DNA of 64,000 nucleotides from Anthoceros angustus (Eukaryota > Plantae > Anthocerotophyta), in assembly GCA_010909165.1 (NCBI GenBank), contig MU008184.1, positions 62,001-126,000 on the forward strand, in the 5' to 3' direction. Shown here piece by piece: positions 34,435 through 46,160 of the stretch (the stretch's first letter is position 1; every line of letters begins with the position of its first letter). A model generated the notes under the pieces. It saw only the letters and a list, made by a program, of their open reading frames with translations. It was not told the DNA's origin and made no database searches. The position numbers were made by a program, and so were the translations under genes.

Positions 34435-35979
34435 ATGGGTGACGAAGCGGGAGAGAAGGAAGGTTCCGGTGCGGGGTGGGGATGGGGAGGCTGGGGCTCC
34501 TCCGCCTTCTCCGTGCTGTCGGGCCTGCAGAAGGCGGCGGGGGAGGTGTCCAAGACGGCGGTGGCGGCAGCTAAGTCGGCGGTGGATGGAGTTGCGGGGC
34601 TGCAGAACAGCTTGGTGGAGGAAGGAGAGGGCGCGGAGGAGGAAGAGGACGGGGACTATGTTGCGCTCAAGAGCGCGGAAGATCTGGACTTGGACAACGC
34701 CCCGGCCATGCTGGAGGCCGTCTCCGGCTTGGATGAGCAATTGCGGAAGACTTCCTTGGATAAGCTGGAAGCGGCCAGCAAGGAGTCGATTCTTGGCCAC
34801 GGGCTCAAGGTGCTGGATGAATCCGTGGAGAGCCTCACGTCGGGAGCGTTCCAGGCGCTGGAGACGGCGTGGAAGGGAGGTGTCAATCTTGTGCAAAAGT
34901 TCGAAGTTTCGGCTGAGCAGCTGGCCGGGAGCCTGCAGCAGACCGGATCTGGGATCACTGCCAAGGCGGGCTCGCTGGCGCCGCAGCTTATTGAGAGTAG
35001 CAGAGCCTTGACGGCCAAGGGGATCCATGTCTTGGAGATGGTGGGGAGGGAGACTATGGAGATCCTGGCTACCGAGACGGGGATTGAGCTTGAGGAGGAT
35101 GGGAAGGAGACTGACGGGGGTGATGCGGGAGACGATGAGGAGTTTGCGGACGAGTTGTCTTTCGATCGGTGCTTTTACATATATGGCGGGCCGGAACATA
35201 TGGAGGAATTGGAGGCTCTGTCCAATCACCACTCCTTGTTGTGCAATCGAGCGAGGGCTAAGCTTTCTGGAGAGCAGAGGGCCTCGTTTGATACTCTTTT
35301 AAAGCAGCTGCATCACACTTTGTTTCGTGATAATATTGACGGAGTGGCCGGCCCGTTTAAAGGCAAGAATGTGGATCTGGATTCTGCCCTCATCAGGAGT
35401 GAGGTGATGAGTTTGCGGGAGGCCAGTGTTGCCAAGGCTAAAGAGATGGCAACTGGTTTGGGACCTACTCTTGCCGGTTTGGCCGTATCGGAGATCGTCC
35501 AGAAGACTGCGGATCGGCTTGAGGAGATAAGGACAGAGGGCGTGCACAGGGTCTCGGAGCTGTGTGCTCTCTGTATTTCCCAGCTGCTTCAGTTAGGTAA
35601 CTCGGTCCTGGCAACCTCTGCTGACGAAAAGGGAAAGGCAGTGGATGATGGCATTGACTGGCCTGCCGAGGGCACTGATAAAGCTGCTCTTCTGGAGGCC
35701 CAGGCCCAAGCCTTGGTTGACGACATTCAACTTGTTTCGAGATGCTTCATCTCTGGACTTGTAGATGTGATTGCTGGATTCAATGCTGCCGTCAAGTCGG
35801 ATGCAGTCGTGGCCAAGGGAGATGCCGAACTTGATATTCTTAAGGATGGGTTTGTTGAAGAGAAGGCAGCAGCAGTGGGCAGAGAACTGAAGCTTCACAG
35901 TGATGCTGCTTCAGAAAAAGTTCACGAGGGGCTCAAACATCTCACGCCTGTTGTCCTGTGGACTTGTGTGAAGAACTGA
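34435..35979 (+). CDS. Conserved plant protein, At2g15860/BAT2-like (FAM114-related), intronless, 514 aa
   Basis: GWGWGGWG N-terminus; GLKVLDESVE; FDRCFYIYGGPEHMEELEALSNH. Confidence 0.8.
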   Translation: MGDEAGEKEGSGAGWGWGGWGSSAFSVLSGLQKAAGEVSKTAVAAAKSAVDGVAGLQNSLVEEGEGAEEEEDGDYVALKSAEDLDLDNAPAMLEAVSGLDEQLRKTSLDKLEAASKESILGHGLKVLDESVESLTSGAFQALETAWKGGVNLVQKFEVSAEQLAGSLQQTGSGITAKAGSLAPQLIESSRALTAKGIHVLEMVGRETMEILATETGIELEEDGKETDGGDAGDDEEFADELSFDRCFYIYGGPEHMEELEALSNHHSLLCNRARAKLSGEQRASFDTLLKQLHHTLFRDNIDGVAGPFKGKNVDLDSALIRSEVMSLREASVAKAKEMATGLGPTLAGLAVSEIVQKTADRLEEIRTEGVHRVSELCALCISQLLQLGNSVLATSADEKGKAVDDGIDWPAEGTDKAALLEAQAQALVDDIQLVSRCFISGLVDVIAGFNAAVKSDAVVAKGDAELDILKDGFVEEKAAAVGRELKLHSDAASEKVHEGLKHLTPVVLWTCVKN

Positions 35980-36529
35980 GTGAGTCAGCAAGCAGGCTCT
36001 GGGGTCCATGGAGATACGGTTGAGAACATGCTATTTGTTCTCGAGCTCTTATTTGTGCACGGTAGGAGGTTCTGGCTAGTTTCGTTCACAAAGTGTTGGC
36101 GTCGTAGGTGCCCACCCCATTTCAACATGTACAGATATTCCGTGAATTGTAATATATTGCTGCATCTGCAGGGTATGTAATGTGCAACTGGCTCCAGTGC
36201 AGCTCATAGTTGACCCATACACAAAACAATTTCTCTTTGGTCCCAAAACGATTACAAAACTTGCTTGGACCAAGCCACTGTACAGTTCCTTCACAGGTCA
36301 CAAACGAAAAAACACCCTGTGCCTCGAGGACTCTAAATGTCTTACATTGTGAAGGATCTACATCCAAAACGGCTAAGTGTCAATCTGGTAGCCTGCCACA
36401 TAGTTCAGTAACCGACTCCAGTGACACAGCTTCCAGCAAAATTTCTCAATCTCCACAGATATGCAAGGTGCATTATTCACAGAAACAAAAGCCTCGCAGA
36501 AATGTCTTCATTGCCAACAGCAACTATCT

Positions 36530-37215
36530 TCACTCCTTGTCTTTCTCGCGTGACTCCTTGCGCGAATTTGTCAGCACATAGCCTATGCCAACCAGTCCGA
36601 TGATCCCTGCGAACACGGCAATTGTCTTACTGTTGTCAGCGGGCTTGTGAGACGAGCTCCCTGAGGCAGGATTCCCTGGATTCGCGGTGTCATGGGGTCC
36701 GGCCTCTCCAGGATTGACTCCCTGCCACCATAAGGAACACAAATACAAGACCGACATGAATCACGTGCTGTATCTCTTACACAAGAAGCAGAAAAACAAG
36801 CTAATTTTCCAACATGCCTTACGGCTTACGCTACCTGCCGTGCAGCTTTCTCTGCCCTCTCCTTTTCCATCTTCTGCAAAAGGCAAGGGCAAACCGTGAC
36901 TCCCTTACCCTTGGAAGGCCTCAATCAACTGTCCGAAAAAATGGTCTGAAGGCCGTAGGAGCCGCCAAACTCCTTGCAAACGACGCTCACTTGACATACC
37001 AGCTGTGAACAAACTGAACACAGGCAGGAAATCAAAACTGCTCAAGGCCGGGGAAGGAGCGGCTTCAGCCAGCTAACCTTGATGTACACGTTCTCCGCAG
37101 CTCTCTCCTCATCACTGAGCACCCGGCCCTTGTCGCTGAAGTGCCGGCGCACACCAGTGCGGGACTTGGCAGCCGCCTCGGCGAACCATCTTCGAGCCGC
37201 AACCCGCATCGCCAT
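36530..37215 (-). CDS. Mitochondrial At2g27730-like protein (IF1-related; complex I-associated P2), 3 exons
   Basis: Presequence + FSDKGRVLSDEERAAENVYIK | KMEKERAEKAARQ | ...NSKTIAVFAGIIGLVGIGYVL (C-terminal TM segment). Confidence 0.85.
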
Positions 37216-37786
37216 CTCCCGCAGCTGGAGGAACACAGTCTAGCTGCAGCCACGGCAGGATCAGGCAAAACACACGAGATCGTAAATCGCCAGATGCGAA
37301 GGGGAGCCAGGCAAATCCACAAATGCCCGTGGCGACACGAAGGAGCTAGGTCGCAACTTGCTAGTGCATCAGTCCCTTCGTAGAAGAAGAGCCTGGAACA
37401 TCGTCGTATGCTGACGAAAATTAACGTAAAATGCCGTCGACGTATCTCTCAGGTTCAGAGCAACGGTTAGTTCGTTACAGGAACTCGAGCTTCTTACGAA
37501 AGAAGCTCCGGCTCTTGGAAGCTGTTGGATGTCCATTTGGCCTAAGAACGCCATTGATAAGCATCCCGCTTGAAGATCGATACTTAGATGGGCGCCTGCA
37601 GGGAATGGATGCCCTTGGTGCAAGTGGCTTAGGCACAACATGGTATAAGTTGTACCGAGTCCCATGACAGGAACATCCCGTCCAAGTGGACTAAGTAATG
37701 ATCTTTTGTGGTGTTTCAAAGGCGAAAGGCTCTCCAAGTGGACTAGTGGACTAAACGACTCTTCTTTCTTCGATCTCCCTGCAGGA

Positions 37787-37853
37787 ATGGGAGTGGCGCA
37801 GTCATGGTGGGGCCATAACCCACAGGCCCCAGGATCGAAACCTGGGAGTGACA
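37787..37853 (+). pseudogene. Initiator tRNA-Met (CAT) pseudogene
   Basis: gagtggcgcag...ggtggggccataacccacaggccccaggatcgaaacctgg retains the iMet anticodon arm and the diagnostic ATCGAAA T-loop. The D-loop is partly deleted and the acceptor stem is unpaired. Confidence 0.8.
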
Positions 37854-38476
37854 TAGTCGCTTTAACTACCCCGTTTTCGGGGTTGTTCATGAACGTTCTA
37901 TTCATAAGAGTCCGACCTAAGGAGTTGGAGTTGCCCCGCCGCCCGCTCTCCGTCCCGTGCATTCTCCTGCCTCCAACGCACGCTCGCGAGTGACAAGGGG
38001 TGGTAGGTATGCGGAGCCCATGATTTTCGTTGAACGGACCGCCACCACTCCAAGTTGGCGTTTACGGGTGGGAAACGCACTCACGAAGTGGCGGTCCGAG
38101 GCGGCAACCAAAGAAGACTGGCCGGTTGGCTTTGTCGCCTACCGACGCTGTGTGACGTGATGCAGGCGGAGACTGCTCCTGCCTGACGCGGTCGGGTGGT
38201 TGTATGCACTCGCTCGCTCGCTCGCGTTGCCTCGAGACTGCCTCGGTGGTCGCTGCCGCTGCGCGGGGCCTTGATCGGGGCGGTGCAGGCCGTGAGGAAT
38301 TTTTTCCCTCTTGGAAGCTGAATTGCTTGGAGATGTGGCGGCCCAGGGGACGAGTCACCAGCAGCTCTGTTTCCCAAGCTCTGACACAATTGGAGCCCGC
38401 TTCCGCTGTACCGCTCTTGCGTGAGCACCGCGTGTTGCGCATTTCCCTTGACGTCTGCAGCTTGTTTTAGACGCTG

Positions 38477-39382
38477 ATGTCGTCTTTGGGGCCCGACGCA
38501 GCCCCGACTAGCAGAGAAATTCTGGCCTCGTACGTGGTGGAGCTGGCCTCTCCCTGTCAGGAGGAGCAACGGAGAGCAGTGACGGAGCTCAGAGTGCTGT
38601 CCAAGTGGAACGCCGGCAACAGGAATACGATTGCGGACATGGGAGCGCTCCCGCTGCTGATCAGGATGCTGCGCTCCACGGACGACAGCATTCAGCAGAG
38701 CGCCGTGACCACGCTGCATAACTTGTCGGTCCAAGGGAAGAACAGGGAGCGGATTATCAAGGTCCCGGGGGCGCTGGATGGGGTTGTGGCGGCTGTTCGG
38801 GAGGGGATTACGATGGAGACGCGGGAGAATGCAGCGGCGCTATTGTTTAGCTTGCTGGTGGTGACGGAGTTCAGGGTCACCGTAGGGAATCATGCTACCG
38901 CAATTGAGGCGCTTATGGAGCTCTTTAGGGATGGGAGCGGGCGGGGGAAGAAGGATGCCATCAAGGCCTTGTTTCATCTGTCTTTGTGTCCGGGGAACAA
39001 GCCTAAGGTTGTGGCCGCCGGGATTATTCCTAGCATCGTGTGCTTGCTGCTTGATAGAGATGCCCCGGCTCTGGTGGAGGATGCCTTGGCTCTGCTCGCG
39101 GTTTTGGCCACTTGTGCGGAAGCTCAGGCCGTGGTGGCCGAGGTCGGTGCCGTTCCGGTGCTGGTGAATGAGCTGGGAATTGGCTCTCCCCGCTCTAAGG
39201 AGCAGGCGGCCAGCACCTTGCTTGTGCTGTGTGAGCACGGCGGGCAGACCATGGTGGCCGAGGTTGTGGCGGAGACTCGATTGATGTCGTACCTTAATTT
39301 GCTGCAGGCCAGGGGCACGGAGCGGGGCAGGACAAAGGCTAATTCTCTCATTACGTTCTTGGTAACCTATGAGGCACAGTAA
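38477..39382 (+). CDS. ARM-repeat-only protein (PUB-type ARM domain without a U-box), intronless, 301 aa
   Basis: ELRVLSK..NRNTIADMGALPLL, RENAAALLFSL, RGKKDAIKALFHLS, KEQAASTLL; no U-box in the ORF. Confidence 0.9.
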   Translation: MSSLGPDAAPTSREILASYVVELASPCQEEQRRAVTELRVLSKWNAGNRNTIADMGALPLLIRMLRSTDDSIQQSAVTTLHNLSVQGKNRERIIKVPGALDGVVAAVREGITMETRENAAALLFSLLVVTEFRVTVGNHATAIEALMELFRDGSGRGKKDAIKALFHLSLCPGNKPKVVAAGIIPSIVCLLLDRDAPALVEDALALLAVLATCAEAQAVVAEVGAVPVLVNELGIGSPRSKEQAASTLLVLCEHGGQTMVAEVVAETRLMSYLNLLQARGTERGRTKANSLITFLVTYEAQ

Positions 39383-40022
39383 CACTCCCAGCCAGGCCAG
39401 AGGTTGCCCATCCCACAAAATGCAGCTCTGTCTTCTGAATCAAATCGGGAGAAGCTTGGTCACTGGCCATGAACAAACAGGACACCGGTCGGTAGGAGGC
39501 GTACCAGGGACATGCTCATGTGCATCACCTACCCGAGGGCTGGACACGGGGGTGATTCCCAGTTGTGGACTTTGGGCCCCAGACCAGGAGGACTTGACCA
39601 CGATGATCTCATGGTCCATCTCCGACTTTGCTGAAATACAGGGCAACAGGTTTACAAGCTCCATCATCTATCAGCAGCAAGCCAAAGAATTTCTGTCTCC
39701 ACCGTAAGCTCTTTCATCTGCAGCGTCCCCTGAATTCCAATGAAAGGATTCTCTGCTCCCTGGTGTATCTTTTCTTTTGTCATCCATGTATTGTTCCTAT
39801 CCAATTTTTTTGTTGATTGCGCAATGTAGGAACAGACTATGCTGCTGGCAAATGCTTGCTCAGGCAGTCCATGTTTCCGACATTCTACACATGACCACGG
39901 AAACCTAACCATATATGATGAGTTGTGACGTCGACGTCTGTGGCTCTGCTGAAGAGCATGGCTCACCTACATAGGACTACACCGACTAGGAAGCAGAGCT
40001 GATAATGTGAACAAGAGGGGAG

Positions 40023-40031
40023 GCACGTGGT
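40023..40031. promoter_or_regulatory. G-box/ABRE (CACGTGG) upstream of the USP gene
   Basis: gcacgtggt about 370 bp upstream of the ATG; motif match only. Confidence 0.3.
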
Positions 40032-40394
40032 GGCACGACTTCTCTCACCCACCGACTTCACCGACCCGACCCAAGGACGACCCGGTCTTTAGCGTACAGG
40101 CTAGAATTTTTGTTATGTAGGTAGGTAGAGTATGTCTGCGTGTTCTCTGGAAGGCGAAGAAGAAGGATTCTACTTCAGTCTGGACTACCGTGAGTCTGAT
40201 TGGCGCTCATTAAGTGTGGGATTGTCGAAAGGATTTAACCCGGGTTCTCCGGTCCTCCAAACCAACAGTTTCACTACCAGACATACTTGAAGTCGCTGCC
40301 AAGTGGCGAGGCTACATGCCGGCGGAGTCGCTCTGCTCGCTTTTCATACAGCCTACAACAGAATGGATTTTTATACTTGCTCCAAGTTGCAGCC

Positions 40395-41324
40395 ATGGCC
40401 GAAACTGATAAAGGCAATCCGAACACAATTGCGCAATCTCGTCCTGAAGGCGGCGGAGCGAACTCAGAAGAGCATGTGTCCAAATCAAGGAGTCCAGATC
40501 CTGTGGGGAGAGATGAAACAAGATACTCGGCAGATCACCAGGATGAGGTTCCTTTGCCTAGACAGAAACCGCCGCCCAGAAGAATCTTGATTGCAGTGGA
40601 CGGAACCCCCGGTAGTATGCATACAGTGGAGTACGCTCTCTCCAAGGTTGTTACGAGGGACGACCAAGTTATCCTTGTAAACGCCTACCCAGACGTGGAA
40701 GGTACAGCAGGAGTCCAAGATTTACTGATGACATCATGTGGAAGCATTGACGGAAAGTTGAAGGAAATGACATGTCTTGCATTGCAGTGATGGTGTTTCC
40801 GTACGGGTCTGCAGCTGCGGAGAAGCTGATGGAGGCGCAAGAGAAGGTCCGGAGGAAAAGCGAGCAGCTGCTGGAGACGCTGGCGGGGCCACTTGAGCAA
40901 ATCAAGGTGAGCGTCGGGTCGTCAGCAAATATTTTTGTCCCGGCACCGAGATATCCAAAAACCTTGAATAACTGGACATGTTGCAGATGAGCGTGACGAA
41001 GGTCAGTCTCATGGGGGATGGAAGAGACGTAATTGATTACAGTATCAGAAGTCTTGAACCTGACATGCTCATCATCGGAAGCCATGGTTGTGGCGCGCTT
41101 AAACGGTGACGTTGCTCGAACCCTGATGTTAAGTAGAGAATGCTGCGGGTGGAAAGTCCCGTGCTCAACCGTCTGGTTGCCCTGATTGCAGAGCACTGTT
41201 AGGAAGTGTGAGCGACTACGCCGCCCATCACGTCCCATGCCCTGTCCTGATTGTAAAGACGCCACCCAGTACCCTCCCAGCTTCGGGTGGCAGACAGGGC
41301 ACACCATGCGGAGGATGTGGCTAG
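40395..41324 (+). CDS. Universal stress protein A-like (USP), 4 exons
   Basis: RRILIAVDG; GDGRDVI; DMLIIGSHGCGALKR | ALLGSVSDYAAHHVPCPVLIVK; ends ...TPCGGCG*. Confidence 0.93.
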
Positions 41325-41823
41325 TCGGAGACGAGCTTCACGAGCTGTAGCTTACAATGCGTATACATGTATGCCACCTTGTCTGAAACCTTTTCTGGCT
41401 AAGCGGAGGGAAATAAAATGCTGGTCTCCACGAAGCCCTTGGTTTGCAAAGGCTCATTGTGCCACCTTGATCATCTCCACCAACAATGTGGTCGGACTTA
41501 AAACAGACAATATGATGGGAGCAACATGGAGCCATAGAACACAGAGCATACGTGGTGTGATATACCTAGACGGACAAATTATTTCTGACTACCCTATGTA
41601 CATTATTACACACCCGATTCTATACACGTTTCGTCACACGGTGCTAAGCTACGACGTAGAACGTCTTCAGTAGAGCAGACCGCGACTAAGGGCGCAAATG
41701 TGTGAACGGGATCAGGAAAAAACTAGTTTATCGCTTCAGTGTCGACCAGACTGAACCTCGACATGGGAGTTGATTTCCGAAGAGACTAGCGAGCCGGCAG
41801 CCGCCGTCCGTGCGACCGGAAGT

Positions 41824-44800
41824 ATGGCGCCGGTTGTACTCATGGTTTATCTCTCATCTTGGATCTTTCTGGTTTTGATTCCCCTCTGACTGAGCATCTC
41901 TTGCAATCGAACCCTGCCCTTGTCTGGAACAATAGATTGATGTTAACAGGGCTAAATGGCAAGATTAACTCTAATGTTGGTTTCTTCTGCTGGGTGCAAC
42001 AGGTAGCAGAGAAGCCCAGCATTGCAACTTCCATTTCGAATTTCCTCTCTGGTGGCAGGGTAATGACTTCCATACCTTAGCAGCTTGTGTATGGTGATGA
42101 GGATAAGGTTTTCAGGAATGATTTTAAACGGAAAAGAGGTCGTCCAGCATGTAAGTCTGAATGTCGTGAAGAGGGGTGAACAGGCCATTGTAATAGTTGC
42201 CCTCACCAATGTAGTGCTACATTGATGTCCTGAGTTTGTTGCTTGGCGCAGATGACGACGAGGAAATCTTACCTGGATGTCCATGAGTTTGATGGGACGT
42301 TTAGGGGTCAGCATGTGCGCTACAAAGTGACATCTGTCATTGGACATGTTCTCAGGTAGCATAGTCTTTGCTGAACTTGAGCCTGTTCCAATGTCCAAGA
42401 GTTTGGTTGAGCACGCAGTTGACAATGCCGTTGCTCTGTTTCAGTATCGACTTTCCACCCAAGTATCAGAATTGGGACACCACAGACCCGTTTGAGCTCT
42501 TCACTGCGCCAACAATAAAGAGTGAAGCAAATCCCAAGGCAGGACTGCATGCAAGACTGAAGCTCTTAAGGTTTTGTTTGATTTCACTTGCAGTTCAAGA
42601 TGAGTAGTACTTGGTGCACATGTTCCTGCAGGCTCATGTTTGTAAGCATCTGCAACAAGAGGCACGTGGATGTGATGCCCTTGTTCTGTGGCTGGATTGT
42701 GATCGTGAAGGGGAAAACATTTGCTTTGAAGGTAGTTATGCCACCAGCCATCTGCACTTTCCTTTCCCCTTTCCTTCACATGGGCTACGGACATTTGTGT
42801 TGCCAGCTTGCCAAGAAACCTGATTATTGGACCATGTCACGTTTGCAGTCATGGAAAGTGTCGTACCTGTTATGAGGAAGGGTCAAGGGCAGCAGCAAGT
42901 TTTTCGGGCACGCTTCTCTGCTATTAGCGAGAAGGATATTCACACTGCAATGAGATCTCTTGTTGAACCCAACAAGAATGAGGCCCTTGCGGTTGATGCT
43001 CGCCAGGAGATTGACTTAAAAGTGGGTGTAGCATTCACTCGCTTCCAGACACGATTCTTTCAAGGCAAATATGGCAACCTTGATTCCAGTGTCATATCGT
43101 ACGTTTTTGTTCTGCGGTGGACCTAGACTTTGCTGTTATTGCAATCGTTTGACACACTAGGTTTGGTTGCATAGAGGAAAGCCTGAAATTTCAAAAGAAT
43201 GCGTTAAAGGCATAGAATAATTATGATCGGGTCTATTCGGTTGTAGCTTGTAGACTCACCATTTTATTTTTTCCTCAAGGTTTCTCTCAGTGAGCCATAT
43301 GTTATTAACATAACGTTCTGTGGTTAATGTTCCAGGTATGGACCTTGCCAAACGCCCACGCTTGGCTTCTGTGTGGAGCGGCACATTGCAATATCAACGT
43401 TCACTCCTGAGCCTTTCTGGATTGTGCGTCCCCATGTGAACAAGGGTGGACACTTTATTCTACTGGAATGGGACCGTAGCAGACTGTTTGATCGTGATGT
43501 AAGCTGATAATCTGGTCAAATATCCTTGCAGTCATACAAAGTCTAGTCAGTCAAGTTGGATGCAACTCTATCAGCTTAGTGTTATTTAATGGCCTGCAAG
43601 ATGCTATCCTTGCCACAGGTCTGATACCACTCACTGTTATCTGCCAGATAGCTGCAATTTACCAAAAGCTGGTGCTGGATGCTGGGGCCTTGAGAGTGAG
43701 CGACGTGGTGAAGAAGGATGATCGTAAGGGTCGTCCAACTGGACTTAACACAGTTGACATGCTGAAGGTGAGTAAGGATTTCGTTTTGCATGACTGCAGT
43801 TTTTCTCAGTGCTATTCAGATTTGCTGTTGGATTGTATTGGTCTTGACAACTTGCCCTTCCATGCATTTCAGATAGCCTCAAGTGCTCTGAATATGGGGC
43901 CCCATCATGCAATGCAAATTGCTGAAAGACTCTACATTCAAGGCTATATGAGGTCTGGTTGTGTTTTTGTACTTCACCCTTCTGCATGATCTGAAATTAT
44001 TCTTTTGAGGAGAAATCTGTACCCAGCATGTTGAGGATGAAACTTGCTACGTCTGTCATCTGGGCATGTTTGGCACTGTACAGTTATCCTCGCACAGAAA
44101 GTACTGCATATCCAGCAAGCTTTGATATAAAGGGATCCCTGGCTCTCCAAAGAAACCATCCTATCTGGGGGGACTATGCACTGTCTCTTATGGCAAGTGG
44201 ACCACATCCACCAAAGGGTGGAGTTGATGTTGGTGATCACCCCCCTATTATCCCAATGCGATCAGCGACAGAGGCTGAACTTGGAGGAGGTGACATGTGG
44301 AGACTATATGAGTATGTTACACGACATTTTCTGGGAAGTGTTAGTCCTGATTGCAAGTACACACGGTGAGCCCCTTCCTATAGCATAGGCAACAAGGCTT
44401 TCAGTCAACAGGAATAGTAGCCCTTGCAGTTCATCTTTTGTGGATCACAGTATGTGTGTGGCGTAACCTTGTAGGACCAAGGTTGTGCTCACTTCTGGAG
44501 GAGAGAAGTTCTCTTGTAGCGGCAGGACCTTGATTTCACCAGGATTTACTGCTGTTATGCCCTGGCTTGCCATTACAGATGAGGGCTTACCACCATTTTC
44601 AATTGGTGAATCGGTGCCATTTACGGAAGTAGAACTTTACCAGGTACTGTTCTGCTTACAGGTTGTCTGCAGCTTCTTTCTGTTCCCTGCAACCCTGCTG
44701 GTTTGACGTGGGCTATTGTGCTGCATGCAGGGACGCACTTCTCCTCCAGACTACTTGACAGAAAGTGAACTCATCACACTAATGGAGAAGCATGGAATTG

Positions 44801-46160
44801 GCACAGATGCATCAATCCCTGTGCACATCAACAATATATGCGAGCGAAACTATGCTCAGGTGCTGCTTCTCCCATCAATTCAAGGCGGTTCGCAGCTCAG
44901 CCATTGTGGTACTAGCTATTTGGAACTAATATACTTGCTGAAATTCAGGTTCAAGCTGGAAGGCGTGTGGTACCTACTGCTCTAGGGGTCACCTTGGTTC
45001 GTGGGTATCAGACTATTGATGTAGATCTGTGCCTTCCAGACATTCGACGGTTTATCGAGCAGCAAATAACCCTCATTGCCAAGGGGCAAGCAGATTATAA
45101 GCTTGTTGTTCATCACTCGTTACGCGATTTTGCTGCAAAGTTTGCATATTTTGTGAGCCAGGTGTGATCCTCACTTTCTCTCCAGGCACCCTGCAAGTAG
45201 AATCCTAGGTTTTTGCAGGAGGTGGTTTAAGTCTAACGGGGATGAGCTGGTGTTCAGATTGAGCGAATGGATTCCCTGTTCGAAGCTCAATTCTCACCTT
45301 TGGCTGAATCTGGCAAGCCCTTGAGCAAGTGCGGCAAGTGCAGCCGGTACATGAAGTATATTGCGATGAGACCGGCCAGACTGTATTGTCCCACATGTGA
45401 AGAGGTCCATGCACTACCTCAGCATGGCTCCATCAAGGTAGGCAATCCAGCTGCTTGGCAGTTCACAACGAAATTTTCAGGGGTAGCTCTGCTGAGCCTA
45501 TGCACTGTCTTGCAGCTGTACAAGGAATTGACGTGTCCCTTGGACAACTATGAGCTTGTCCTTTTCTCGCTAGCTGGACCGGATGGGAAGTCATACCCTC
45601 TATGCCCTTATTGTTACAACCACCCACCGTTCGAAGAAGCTGATCAGGCGTTTGGAGGTGTTGGAGGGAAGGAGACAACTAAAGGTGGACATTCTGGTGG
45701 CATGCCCTGCACTCACTGTCTGCACCCCACCTGTCGACACTCTCTGATCAGGCAAGGCGTGTGCGCATGCCCTGAGTGCGATGGAACCTTGGTTCTGGAT
45801 CCTGTCAGTGCTCCCAAGTGGAGGCTTGACTGCAACAAATGTAGCTGCCTGGTTTACCTTCCTCACAATGCCCACAGAATAGTCACCACAGAAGAGCATT
45901 GTGAGGAGTGTGGCTCTATCATCCTCGAGGTGGACTTCAACAAGAACTCCACCCCTCTTCCAGATAAGGCCACTTTACACCGAGCCTGCGTCTTATGTGA
46001 CGACCTGCTGCACTCTCTGGTGGAGGTGAAGCACGGAAAATCTTTCTTCAGAAGGTCGGGAAGGGGTAGAGGACGAGGGAGAGGAAGAGGGAGGGGTAGA
46101 AGTAGAGGGAGAGGGAAGAAGAGTGGCGAGGATCCCCGAATGAGCTTCAGAGACTTTTAG
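41824..46160 (+). CDS. TOP3B: DNA topoisomerase III beta, multi-exon
   Basis: VLM|VAEKPSIA; [15 protein letters not shown]; [11 protein letters not shown]; GYMSYPRTES (catalytic Tyr); [12 protein letters not shown]; C-terminal zinc ribbons and RGRG tail. Confidence 0.97.

Noticed and set aside
34387-35232. 281-aa minus-strand ORF
   Set aside because: Antisense to the 514-aa conserved gene.
46050-46120. RGRG low-complexity repeat
   Set aside because: Known RNA-binding RG tail of TOP3B; not novel.
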